A stretch of DNA of 64,000 bases from Phoronis australis (lineage: Eukaryota > Animalia > Phoronida), in assembly GCA_002633005.1 (NCBI GenBank), contig NMRA01000300.1, forward strand, positions 134,336 through 198,335, given 5' to 3'. How positions within the stretch are numbered: position 1 is the first letter of the stretch; the number at the start of each line of letters is the position of its first letter. This document shows, in pieces, positions 12,353-25,633 of the stretch. The translations under genes were made by a program, and so were the position numbers. The notes under the pieces are model-generated. The model had not been told where the DNA came from. It did not search any database and saw only the letters and a list, made by a program, of their open reading frames with translations.

Positions 12353-15035
12353 TCTTTACACGTACAGGTGTGACGCAATTTGAATAAAGAAATAAAACGA
12401 ATATCATAAATTCCTATTTTACCGAAACAAGTTTCGTTTTACACGTTATTATTGTTTACCGTGTCAATAACTATCAATAATCATCAGTTTTATTGTCTTT
12501 TTCGGAATATTTTGCAACGGCAGCATTATGCACGCATATTCAATAATGCGTATTCAACTGTGGGGCAACTCACTGATCTGGCATTTCTTAGACTACTACA
12601 TGTATCTACTACACAGACGGGTGCGTTTGATAACAATAACAACTCCACATAAAGATTCTTTGCTGGCTGGCTCACCTTTCAGTTCGTTTCCGGTGATGAC
12701 ATTCTATTTTTTTCTTGAAGAATGTGAAAAAAAATAAAAGTGCAGAATCTTTTGATTATTTTTACCCTGTGTGTTTCTATGGAAACCATAATCAAAGCTT
12801 AATTAAGATTTACTCGGCAAGACTGGGAATTCTCTCTTTAAACCCTTCCATACATTCGTTTCAATATTTCTTAAAACTATTCCAGGATAGCTAAAATTCC
12901 GAATGAAAAAATAGTGTTTGAGTTTTTTAAAATTAGCAACTCCTGTTAATTTTTCAAAGTTGACCTGTGCCATTTGCCAGGTCATAGTTTCCCAGGCCAC
13001 GTTAAGATGTGTGCATGATCAATTTGCCGCACAATTCGGCTATAGACTGTGTTGACATATGTATGTTTCTTTTACTTTAATTACACAAATAAAATAAAGA
13101 ATGTCTGTGCCAAGCTAAACAATTCGCGACGAGGTTGTAAATTACGCCTGATACCAAATGTAGTTAGGGCAGAAATACAAGCAAATGAATGTCGTATTTT
13201 TGGTGGAAAATTTGAAGGTGTTGAGAAATTTATAATAGTTTCGATGTCGTTGCAACTCTCGTAAATCTGCTAGTCAGGATATAATCTGTACGTGATTATG
13301 TAGGGTGGGTAACTCCGCGGCGTCAAATTTACAATTGCCCTAAGATCTGCCTTATGGCGCATGCCCGCAAATTTTGAAATCGTTGTAATGCAATTTGCGG
13401 AACGCTGTCGAATATAATTTTGAGGCTGGCTAAAGGAATGTCCATTTGATGGTAAAATAAGCACCAGAAATACATATTTTATGCTTCTGTTTGTTTCAAT
13501 TACAACGTAATTGTTTTCAAATTGATAAAATGAAAATCACCAGTAAAGCCCAAATTCGTTGATTAATTCAGCAAGACCAGTGGTCATTATTGGTCCTCGT
13601 GTCCAATTTCCAAATGAGAAAAGTACCTCCATATACAGTGGTGTATACATGACAGCTTCGGTAAAATTTGTTTGAGTACAATAGGTCACGAACCTACGCA
13701 AGCTAGCGCAAAAACCTATANCATTGTGAGAAGCAATTGTAGCCCACGATGGCGTTAGGCCGATTCGCCAATGTTGCGTCACGAATTATTTTGTCTCAAA
13801 CGAAGAAAACTTCTCCCAGGACACACCTGTTTCAGTGAGTGGACAGCATTATATATAGAGAAACATGAATCATTGTTGTTCGGATTTCTCGTTCATCGAT
13901 TACCTAATGAGACTCGTATAGTGACTTGGATACTGAGGAAGAAGGGTTTAATTTGACCGCGAAGCCACAATGACGCTCGACCTGCCCGTTGATGGACATG
14001 CGTGGCACTAAGCCGGGTGCAAGCGGAAGATGCTGGCGTACGGATAAATATACAACGTATTAATAAAATTTCAATAAAATAAACAATTTGACAGATCTGT
14101 TGTCACTACGGTATGTGTTTCATGGCGTTAGGCGACTGGCTGACGTGCCGTGTTGTCGTGTAAACCGTTATGTTTTGTGAGCTGACGCGTGAAACAAACC
14201 AGTAGACTGTCTTCGTCAATGTTTGGTTCGTTCTTCGAAAGCAGACGACTGTCGGCTAGAATCTTCGTTGGGAGCATGTTTATTTATCTACTAACAGTTT
14301 CAGGACAATCGCTCATACCATCCGAGTTTTTGATTCATGGCAAACGAAGTTTGATCCATCACAACATTTCGCCACCATCTGCCGATCAGTCATTAACCTA
14401 ACCCAACCAACATACTGTTGCGTCTTTTCGCAAGTGAAAGTTTTCAGATTTAAGAAAAAGCGTTTAAGTTTAAAGTGTAGAAAAGTGTTTCATTATTAAG
14501 AAACTTAACTATGTGTGAGTATTGCTTTCCTAAACAAAATTAGTAATTCAAATTACAGTGAAACCCGCTTGCTTTCAGTTTCTCCTCGGAGTGCACGAAA
14601 CAGACAGGTTTAACGTTTCATCAACGATGCTTGTAAGTTATGGCGCATTACTTAAAAATTGCCATGGTGAGATATTTCAAGTCCATGCAGTAAACATTTA
14701 ACACTTGTAAAAAGTGTATTTACAACACGCCCACGATAACTGAACTTTATCGAGAATAGCCATTTAATCTGCGAATTTGGATATATACCTCTAAGCTGGT
14801 GTAAATATAGCCTAATGTTCACTACCAATACATCAGGTAACGAGGAGCAAATGAAAGGACTTGGGGAGACGTTATCCTCGAACATAAATTACACACATGA
14901 AGAACATGATGTGCGGAACAGGTGTTGTCTAACAAAACTTAAGAATGCGGGGCAAAAAGTGCGTTAGACCATCACGTGGAGTGAGACGTCATAATGGCGT
15001 CTTCGAATTGGTCACTTTTGTTCAACGTACTCCCG

Positions 15036-15230
15036 CTCTATTGAGATAAAAAAATTGTGTAGCAGATCCGCACGACAAACATGTGTCCTAAACAGTAGAA
15101 GTACTAGTACTGCAGTAATAGTAGTAGTAGTAGCAGAAGTAGTAGTAGTAGTAGTAGTACTAGTACTACTACTGTTTAGGACACATGTTTGGCGTACAGA
15201 TCTGTCACACATTTTTGTATCTCAATAGAG
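15036..15230. repeat. Long inverted repeat enclosing an (AGT)n microsatellite
   Basis: Arms CTCTATTGAGATA...AAACATGTGTCCTAAACAGTAG and CTACTGTTTAGGACACATGTTT...TATCTCAATAGAG (~65 bp) around AGT repeats. Confidence 0.85.
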
Positions 15231-17342
15231 TATTAGTCGTAATAGCAGCAGTAAGACAGACGACATTCCCGCGATCGAAAAGTCTTCCCAAAGAAGTTTA
15301 ATCAGGGAAGATGCAAGATAAGTGCCGCGCGCTGAATAGCTTGATTGCTGGGGTGTGACATTGACCGGTCGATTAGTATGCGTGGACGAACAACCTGGAA
15401 CTACTTGTGTTCACTCAAGTCGATGACGCGGAGCAATATGTTAAAATCGATTTGATGAAGGCTCGGGGCAATAAATTTCTTGGATGATGTTTGGGGAAAG
15501 AATTTTAATATTTGTGCAGTATAAAATGTCCCGACCACTTTGGGATGCACTGGGTGAGTCAGAGATGTTTTATTCGTTCGTCATCGCATAAACACCGGCG
15601 CGATCTGATGTATATGTCCATATACCGTTGACTGAACGATGACAAAACAAGTGTCAATCGCCAAGATAACGTATAATTCAACCAGAACTATCGCCGTTTA
15701 TCTTCACATGGAGGCCAGTCAAAAAACTGACAGCGAAATTCAAGACAAAATACACTGTTATTGTAAAAGAAAAGTGAGACTGTCTACGCTGACCAATCTA
15801 AAAACCTTCCATCTCCGCAGTCAAGTAATCAAAAGACAGTGTCAGTAATTCGCTGAACTTTGCACCAAGTTCCTATCACGGATGTGTACTTGGACGATAT
15901 ATTTGGTTAAATACCTTGCGTTTGCCGATGCAGTTCAACGGAGAAGGTTGTTTAATGAAGTTACAATTTGCGTTTACTTGCATGAGACGAACAAGTCTAT
16001 CTCCTCTTTACCGTTAACTAATTTTGAACACTCCTAAGAATTATCTTTCTCTAAAAAGTGTTTGTAAATCACATGCTAGTTTTGTTTTAAATCATTTTAA
16101 AGTTCAGTCCCACATTGGAAATGAAACTTAAAGATTGTCACGATTCACACATTGTTATGATTTGGAGGGAAAGTTAGTTAAAAGATTTGTCAGTTAAATA
16201 CAATATCTTAATGACCACGTCAACTCCATGTCGTTTGTCTTTGGAATGTAGAAAACCTTTACTAGCTGGGAATGCATTGGAAATTATAGAATAATTTCCC
16301 CTTATTCATTCTCAAATCACATTTCACTATTTGGCACTCTTTTACTGCTGATTATTTGCCATGACTTATTCCCGGGACACATAAACTAAGTCGACTTTAT
16401 CGTATCTATTAGTTGATGGCTGTTCAAAAATAACACTGTCAGTATAATCTATCTTATCTTGACGATGCTGTTTTAGGGAGCTTATCGTCGATTAGTTGTT
16501 AACACCTACATATTGATAGTTATGTTAATAACGAGTCACAAGTTATAGCAAGATATCATACGACATGGCACTGAAGCAGATAATGTCGCAGTCAACATAC
16601 TTGAACAGTATTTTAAGTGTTTTTACTGTTATCTAACAAATATCTTTTACTGTTGATTTGAATTGATGAAAACAATTATCGCAGTTTCGTACTTTACCAT
16701 GAATTGAGAGCACTTGAAGACAGCGCCATCTACATACTCTCTGAAATACCAAGGAGTGCTCAGTGGCATGTATTTGCAATCTATGATTTGACCTATGAAA
16801 GGACAACTATCGACGAGAAAATGCAATTTCGATTCTGAGATCTAACCCAGGGCGTAATCGAGCCTGGAACCCTCCCAGTCGTTGACTTACGCTCTGCCGG
16901 CGATGAAGCTCAATCCTACTCAAGCATACTTGAGAAGTTTTACCCTATGACGTCAGCAGATTTCTGACAGACAACTGCGAGAGTTGGCGATTTGAAATAA
17001 AATCACAAAAACAAAACGGAATTTATGAATTTATTATTATAGCTCTGGTCAAAGCTCTGAACTTAAGGAAGTCTATTCCTGCATCCATCAAAATTCGGCC
17101 GCTATTGTCTCGTGCAAATTTTCACGTGTGCTTGTGTGCACAACCCACTTATTCAACATAATGTATAACAACATACAACAATATACAACAGCATACAACA
17201 ATACAGAAGAATATACAATGTGCAACGTGCAGTGTTTTCAAATTGCTCATAAAATAACTGCACAGATACCAAGTCGGCAGACCCTCTCAATGTTATAGTT
17301 GACTCCATGACGGAGCCTCGCTTTCACTCATATATGGACCCA

Positions 17343-17750
17343 GGGTCTAATCTTTGTACACTAAAGTGACCTCGAAATAATTATCGACATTTCAATTCTA
17401 CTTTCATGCAAATTCAAGATAAGTGTCTACACTTCTGTGCTCAAGTATGTCGTGTTTCACGTGAAGGACTGTCAGATCCTAGGTTTCACATGCTAAATCC
17501 AGAATTAAACCTATCAATTCGAGTCGAAAACCGAAATTTCGATTTTTTACTGGAACTCTGAATTTTAAATCCAGTTTGTACTTCGCGTCTAGGAGTCATC
17601 AAGTGCAAACTAGAATTAGAAACTCATATACATAAACCAAACCATAATGTACTTGAGCAGAAATTTGTAGACAATTGCCTTGTATTACGGTGGAACGAAA
17701 TATGTCGAAAATGATTGCGAGTTCAGATTCCCAGCAAAATATTAGATCCC
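17343..17750. mobile_element. Foldback/MITE-like element with long imperfect arms
   Basis: GGGTCTAAT..TCGACATTTC..TCTACACTTCTGTGCTCAAGTA mirrored by TACTTGAGCAGAAATTTGTAGA..ATGTCGA..ATTAGATCCC. Confidence 0.5.
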
Positions 17751-20266
17751 AAGAATTGTTCTATAAAAACACGGTTTCGCGTCATTCGTGTATCTGTTAG
17801 TACGTTAAATGGATGTCATAGTTTTTAACGCATAAGAACGCAATTTTTTAGAGTATTGTTGAATCGGATTGTCTTTTTGAAGTTAAATCTTTGATCGGAG
17901 CTATAAAAATGAAATATGTTGTGTTTTTTGTGATTAAAAAACACTTCGCTAATTCTCAAAGTTGGCTGTCAGACTTTCGTTGAAGTTAATTCCTGTGACT
18001 TTCCCAGTTAAATGCGTTTAAAACAGGTTACAGAATGAGTGGCGATCAGCTCAATAAAGCGTTTGGCTGAGATGCCAGTTTCAGGGTCCATTCTGCGTTG
18101 AGGATGATGTCAGAAACATATTTTTCTCGCCGATGCCACTTTAAAGGTATTATACATCGTCATGGACGGTGAAAAGCTTTTGTATGTTACTTCTCTAAAG
18201 AGCATTCAAGGCGTTCACTGTATTACAGATGGTAGCAATGCTGAGTGGCCGCGGTCAGGGTTCTACGATTTGACTCAAATAACATGAAAATTAAAACACA
18301 TGGGTGTTTCGTTTTTGCTCACTCTTTTAAAGCAAACATATTTTTCTAATAGTCAACGTAAAAGTGGTCACCGGCACTATTCAATTAATCCTTTGAGTCC
18401 CCGATTCTACTGTGAAAACAAACAAAAATACTTTTTGGGACATAGGCTTAGTCTTATTCGGCAAGGAAAGAAATGAAATCCACATTTGAACGGCAAATAA
18501 ATGGATTCAAATCTTATTTATCAGTCTTACTTTGAAACTCAGAGAAACAGTTGATTTAAGCAGGCACTTAACACATTTTGTATCAGTATTCTAAATAAAA
18601 GTAGTAATGCGCTGACATGAAGCTGCGAGATGTTAAATGCTGCTGATGACCGCCATAACCCAGAGTTTAGACTAGTGTAAGGCTGACCGTAACATTATAC
18701 CTACCAGGTGAATGATCAGTCCGTTACAATGTTTTGAACTTCCTATGGGAGGGCAGCGCCAGGGCACATCAGTTGGGTTTAACCACAATATCAAAAATGA
18801 CTACGTTTATAAAACTGGTTGTTTTAAGTGATGTAACAGAATTATATCGAACAGAGGTATGTTGAGAATGTCCCACCGAACTTGAACGCTGGAGAAACAG
18901 CGGAAGAGAAAGTGCTGGTATAAATTTTACTAATATCACACGGCTGTTGGATAATTCTTGAACTTATTTAGTGCTTTTAGTCGCATAATTCATTTGCTTA
19001 CAAGCTCCACCAATGAAGCCGCGTAAACACAACTCGGCTGTTATGTTACATTCGGTGCAGGTAACATTCCACAGGAATACAGCATATTACGAGGATCCTT
19101 TTGCTGCAGTAAAATTCCAATATAATGCCACAGGTGCAGCTAACTTCGTCCTGATATGTAGAACAGATTGCACAGTATATTCCTGTACCCAGAACACACG
19201 TTGGGATACCTTGACTAACACCATTGCTGTATTCGCAAATTTAAACCAACGTACTAAAATCTATTTATTGAGAACAGCAATACACATTTGCGTGAATATC
19301 ATGGCCAGATTATTGTTGCGAGGCTGGAGTTAAGTAACAATAAGAAACAAGACTTTGCCTATGGTCACGTGGTTACGGCCCTTAAGAAGCATGGGGGGGG
19401 GAGTGAAAAGGAACCAGAACTAAAAGTTAACATACTTTATGTTGATGGTTACAAAATTCATTCGAAGTGTCCTAGTGTAATAGGAGTGACATTATTATCA
19501 AACTATTTAATGCGATCTGTTAATACTTGTGAACTACTGATGTCGTTATTGGTCCTCTTTCAAATCTCACGCACGGTTTGACAAAAGACAACGCACGTCC
19601 TTGTTGCAAAAACTAATTATCTTACCATTAGTTACAATTAGCCATAATTATAAAAAAATTCACAATTTTGATCATCACCTTTTCCCCTCCCAGCAACTTG
19701 ACCGGCAAGTTCGACTGAAGTCAGTCGGCGCGTTAGAACTACGGTGAACGAAAAAACGATCAGGAACCAACTGCACCGATCATCAACAACAATAATATCT
19801 ACATTTCCTGACAGGCCGACATTTCTAGTTTTAACAAATATGCTGGAAAAATACCATCAAATCTGCAAAACTCATTGCAGTTGAGCTGCAGCCGATCAAT
19901 GCCAAACCTCACGCAGACTGCCATAAACTTAGTCTGAATATGGTCTCGCAAATAATAGGAATTCTGTTACGTAATTTTATAACAACCTTGGCAAAAACGC
20001 AACAGATAACGTTTTCCATTCCGAGATTTGAATAGAACCTTTTAACAAATTGTGGCTTATAACACTTGAATGTATAAAAAGTAAAAGAGTAATATATTAG
20101 AATTCGCACAAGTTTCATCAGCGTCAGCAAGAGGGTGCATAGGCGTTTGCTTGATCAACATTAGCATAATCTCCAAAATTAGCTGCAAATTCTCAAACAA
20201 TTACGCGTGTGGACGCGTGCGCACGTGCTTAAACACATATGCTAATTTATTCGCTTGCGTACTTAC

Positions 20267-20340
20267 CACCACAGACCAATGATAATATCCGTGCAGAACA
20301 AATTAAATATGACGTAAGAGAAGATTCCGTGGACTCTCAT
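20267..20340 (-). CDS. Wnt6: Wnt6 coding exon 1 (signal peptide)
   Basis: Minus strand gccATG at 20340 gives MRVHGIFSYVIFNLFCTDIIIGLW-TG followed by donor GTAAGT. Phase 2 joins exon 2 to give GLWWAVGSPL, the typical Wnt6 N-terminus. Not in the ORF track. Confidence 0.9.
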
Positions 20341-23338
20341 GGCACTGTTCACCCAAGAGGGCTGAAGAAGGATAAATTCCCCTTTTTTCAAGATGTCGCT
20401 TACAACCAGGGCGATGACACCCCACGTGGACGCTTCCACACCAGCATAGACGATAACACCTTCCTGCCCTCGCTGGTGCTGTCAACGCCAGACCGTTCAC
20501 CTCCACACTATGACTTGTTTATGACCACAACAACTAGTTACAGCGTCTCTTATTGCACGTTTTGTCAATGGTATGCCTGGCCTCCGAGTAAGACCAAACA
20601 CGCTTGATGAATGCTTGAAACACTATAACATAGTTTTTGTATAGCGAGTGAGAGCTGCATGCGGTTTAACTACCACATAAAATGGGGTATTTTCAGACGG
20701 AATCACATAAATCCAAAGTTGACAGCCTATCAAACGTAATAGCGTATCTAAAGACACAATGAATCACATCCCAGGAAACGCAACGACAGCCTTCCGAAAA
20801 CGGTCGTTCGTAAAGCAAGATAGTACCGCCGGCAATCTTTATTCGTGCAAACAGATCAGCGCTAAAATAACTGTTTTCTCCTAAGTCTTGATTTCATTTA
20901 CTCGCGGTCGCCCTCTGTTGTATATTTCAAGGTGTATCCAATAAAATCTCCAGAACACGCGATCCCATTGGTCAAGATGAGAGATCTATACATGAGCCAC
21001 TGATCGGCCGCGTGAGAACATAGTCCACGTTCCACAGCGTGTTTCTGCTCAACCGATTCGCCTCCGAGCTCACCTCCCTGAAAACTAATGCGTGTTTTAT
21101 CCCGCTTTTATCTAAAGGGTAAGATGGCCAGTGTTTAGTACCCGAGTTGATACTCGCCGTATTGTGTATGCAAACTACCAAACATCAAAATGCCACAGGA
21201 TTAAACAACAGGTGCCCCCCACTCACCGATCAAAACCTGGATATTGTCTTTTTGTTTTAAAGAGTTATTCACCGAGGGGAGAGACGGGAGCATATTCATT
21301 TATTGTGTATATTGTTCCACGTACTTCGTTATCGTTTGCGATGGATTGGATCAACTGACAAAAGTAGGGAGAAACTGTACCAAGAGCAGGGTAAGGTTAC
21401 ATGTCTCTTAAGTGTTCGGAAACAGCATGCATAGAGACGAGTACGCTGAATGCGAATGCATTACATCGTGTGTCATGCTAATCAGCTACATAACCAGAAA
21501 GTTGTACATGTAAGAGTTAAAGTTTTGAAAGTTCTACACAGCGCTAATTATGCTTAGCCGAAATCGCCAATTTCAAATTTGAGAAAAATCAACGTAACGT
21601 CCGACAGTCTTTACGATGAAGAAACCGATTATCTCTGTTTCCATGGTTTCCATGGTTTTATCACGTGTAATTAGGAACGTCAAAAAAAGAATAATAAAAC
21701 AAAGATTTGAGGAAATAGAATTCTTTACAAATAAGATCTCGAAATTGTGACGTTTTGTAAGATCTGTTGATTTCTACTAAAAGTAGCGGTGATATTATCT
21801 TGCTACTCAGATATGACAAACTCAGTAAAGTGTTTATTTGTTTCACTACCCCCCACAGTGTTGTCGTCTCGCCGCAATTATTTCACTGTTGTATCGGAAA
21901 ATGTCATTTCTGTAGTAATCCAGTTAGAAAATAGCTTTGATTCTCCTTACAATCGCATTTTTGTCTAAGAAAGTGCCCCCAAAAGACCCGTATTGATATT
22001 CTCGGTTTTTCCAGTAAATAATCAGCAAGGCTCATGCGAAAAATTTCGAGGACAGCCGTTTCCAAGTATATGTAGCCAACACACATTTGAAATTTAACGC
22101 TGAAAATAAGTATTCTAAAAATAGAAATCCTTTAGGCCTAGAATTAGCATTTTATTCTTATTCCAATCTGGTATTTATTGGGTCCCGTGAACATGTTTTA
22201 AGATAATTTAACAAAAACAAGATACAAAAACAACAGAGAAACAAAACAAAACACAAGAAAAGATACAGTTGCATCAAACTAACAGCATCTATAACATGAC
22301 AAAGTTCGTTTCATAGTAATTATCATTTCATTTTTATGCAACTGATTTTTTATACAAACCATAAAATTGCCATCTTGCAAAAAAGATCATTTTAAAAACA
22401 ATTCCCATTGCGGATAACAGTACACAGAACAGTACAGAACATATTATCTGAAAGTTTAATATGAATCCAATCAACTATTTCTGAGATATTATGCCAGATT
22501 TGGACAATTTTCTAGGGTCCTACAGACAAGCGTCCAGATTACACAAAAACTACTATAAACAACCTCTCTTCGCATGTCTATTTGCTCTTCAAAGGCAACG
22601 TCAAAACGTGCTTTTCCCTCGTTTGAATTGAAATTGGTTACAATAGTTGCCTGTTATTCCCGGCTGACAGCCAAACAAAGTACTGAAACTGACCCGCCGA
22701 GACAAACAAATGTACAATGATCAGAAGGCGCAATTACCTGGCAATTCTTCTCAAGGATAGAATTCCTGCCTAATCTTAGTCAGGAACAAGGCGAGGCCGG
22801 CTTTGAAACAGTCAGTAGCCTCATTAAAGGTTGTTTTTAAGAGAAAGCACGGGCGCATTGCCCTTTATATATCAAAACTTGAATACATTATACATTATCT
22901 GTACGCGCTGAACTTAGTCTCGTCCTTTTCGTCCAGAAAACTGTAAGAAAAGAGTTTCAAGCCAGCAGTACACATTTACTACGATCAGCAAAATAATTCA
23001 ATGGAACGTTTTAAAAAATGAAAGACAGCAAAAAAACTCACACACCAGACACACACATACACACAAATGCACGCACGTACGCACGCACGCACACGCACAC
23101 ACATGTTTTAAAACGCACATATAATTTTAAATCAAATTTTCTATCGTTTGTTCTTTTGACGATGTCGCTCGGGGAGCTACTGTACATATGCAATCCGTAA
23201 ACAAGGAGTATTTTTAGACAATACGAGAAATGCAGAAAAAAAGTTGTCCAACAACGAGTGCCGTATCGTTTTTAACGAACTCTGCCCCAGACACACACAC
23301 GTATATATGTACACGTATATCTATATACAATACTTCAG

Positions 23339-23700
23339 TTTAGAGTTGCATTTCGCCCTGGTTAGCTGGCTAAAAACGAATAAACCGAATCAGGCCTTTA
23401 TCGTCATCAAACTGTTCTCGTAATCTTCCGCACTGTGATGGAATTCTTTTTCAGTTCCCATTGGCAACCAACATCGACTCAGAAAAACAGTTCACAACTT
23501 ATTGCTGGCCATTGGTAAACAAACTCTAAAATTGTGAATTCGAAAACGAGACAAGTACTCTCTGTGTCCCGAGTTGGTAACGGAAATGAAATCCTTTCAC
23601 GGTAAGAAATATTATGAAACTTTTTGATGACAGTAAAAGGGCTAATTCCATTTTCGATATTCGATTTTTTCGCCAGGTAAACGATTTAATGTAACTTTAG
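23339..23700. mobile_element. TTAA-type non-autonomous DNA transposon, copy b
   Basis: AGTTGCATTTCGCCCTGGTTAGCTGGCTA ... GGTAAGAAAT..TGTAACTTT, with long imperfect inverted arms; homologous to 3762-4034. Confidence 0.5.
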
Positions 23701-24085
23701 CCCACGGTATTGTACTCATCTCTTTGAACGAAATGTTGTTGTTGATATTTGTGAAAAGGCGAAATTTCATAAATATATTCACCGTAAATGTTGCCCCAAT
23801 CCATAGTTGAAAACTAATAGTTTGGGTTTAGGTTACGGCCAGTTACGGCATATAATTCTGGAATTTAGCGTTTCTAATTGGACATCAAACCATCTACCAA
23901 ATGGAGTTGATTGATGGCTTCAGGAGGAAACTTCGTCAACACTAAATTGGAGACAAAATGTCGTCTTCTCAACCAAACTAATAAGGAACTGCAAAGGTAA
24001 GGTTGTTTTTTAATCCTGCAGTCGTCACTTCAACGGTCATAGAATTAATACGTCATCAGCTTTAATAAAACCATGATCCAGTGAT

Positions 24086-24091
24086 TTTATT
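24086..24091 (-). terminator. Candidate polyadenylation signal of the three-finger gene
   Basis: AATAAA on the minus strand about 590 nt after the stop codon. Positional argument only. Confidence 0.25.
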
Positions 24092-24675
24092 GAAATGGTT
24101 TGTGTGGTTTATGTATTGTATTGTGGTTCTTTCGAGGGATATTTAGTAAATGTTGACCTTTGGACATGGACTTGTTGCTCTGACCAAATGCTTTCTAATG
24201 GAGAATATCGTGACTTAAATGCATCGTTAACATACACACTGACTCGTTTGATGCCAAAAACGCATTTCATCTTCCTCAACCCTCTGCGCCCTCTTTTGAT
24301 GTTCGGTGATACTATTGTTGCGCGCAAATCACGAACTGTTTCAGGTCATACGCACTGAGAACTCGCAATTTGTGCTGCATTTCTTTCCATTTTTGTACAT
24401 CTTTTCTTGAAAGTGTTCATCGAAATACAATGATTTTCAAAGAGGGCAACATTTTCCACACGTTTCTGTGTTTCCTACTTTGTTTAATGTGATATGGTGT
24501 TTGACAGTAGCAATAAGTGAGTTGGTTTTACCCGATAGTACATTTCATCCCTAATCGCTTTGTTTTACACGCTAGAGTCGACTGAGATTTTTTCAAAGTT
24601 CCACTCTTGCAGTCTACTTGATTGGCCACTTCTTCATGTTATTGAGAAGTCAAGCCCGCGCCACTCATGGCGTCA

Positions 24676-24875
24676 CTAGCTCAGACCACAGACAGCATCT
24701 ACAGGATCCACATTATCGCCTGTTGCTGTGCCATTGTTACAGAGGTCGCCGCTGCAGTAGATGCGTACGTCACTGGTTCCCTGCACTGAGACTGGATAGT
24801 TAACACATCCCGCTTGGTAGGACTGTCCAAAGTACCGATCCAGGCAGCCACGGGTGATAACTATTTTGCCTCGAA
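24676..24875 (-). CDS. Ly6/uPAR (three-finger)-like domain, terminal exon
   Basis: Acceptor ctcttttacag, phase 1. Encodes RGKIVITRGCLDRYFGQSYQAGCVNYPVSVQGTSDVRIYCSGDLCNNGTATGDNVDPVDAVCGLS*, with TRGC and C..DLCN hallmark motifs of LU/quiver-like domains. Confidence 0.78.
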
Positions 24876-24895
24876 CTGTAAAAGAGATGAAGACG

Positions 24896-24961
24896 AGTTT
24901 TGTTGAATCGTGTATGATCATGAGTTGATCAACTCATGATCATACACGATTCAACAAAACT
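24896..24961. repeat. Perfect 66-bp palindrome (no spacer)
   Basis: AGTTTTGTTGAATCGTGTATGATCATGAGTTGA|TCAACTCATGATCATACACGATTCAACAAAACT. Confidence 0.95.
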
Positions 24962-25633
24962 TCTGACTTTTTGAAGTTGTAAATTCACATCATCTTTAAC
25001 AAGTGAACTACACTAATGGTCCTGCGTTTTCCTTTAGCAGGATCGTGCAGAGAACTGTCGCGACATGACATCCTAAGTGACCAGGTCCCAGGCACCCCAC
25101 GCGACCAGGCCCGAAGTAGATATCCTGGTTTCTCTCATATTATTTCGGCATAGTCCCTGCCACAGCCAAGCACCTCTCCGTATGCCTCGACAACGGTGAA
25201 AAACGGTGGAAACCGACTAAACATAGTGCAAGATAAGTCGAACATCTACGCACGGTGCTCTATTCCAGACATATTTTTGCCGTTTCCGTCGCCCCGCAAC
25301 CCGTTTCATCAAGAAAATCCGAAAGGACACTGGTATTCTGATAGCCGGTTTGGAGTGACCGGTCCCCCAGACGAGGTGCTAATTCTGTACTACAATATCC
25401 TGATCAGTCTTCACCCTAGGTTTACCTCACTCAACGGCAGAATATATATTTTTTCAACACTACGTGGCATTTTGTCACCGAGGGCAGAAGTTATTTTAAC
25501 TCGAAAATGAAGTCAAAGCTAAATAATTTTATCATGTAGTTAAATATTCTAAGTCTCAGGTCAATCCACCGAAACGTGGGTAGAGGAGGTTTACATCATG
25601 GTCAGACATTCCAGAGTGAATAGGAAAAGAAAG

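Noticed and set aside
12086-12373. Repeat ORFs on both strands (neuropeptide-precursor-like)
   Set aside because: 24-bp minisatellite; no signal peptide or dibasic cleavage sites.
20239-20607. 122-aa plus-strand ORF
   Set aside because: Antisense to Wnt6 exon 1 and its leader, with no recognisable domain.
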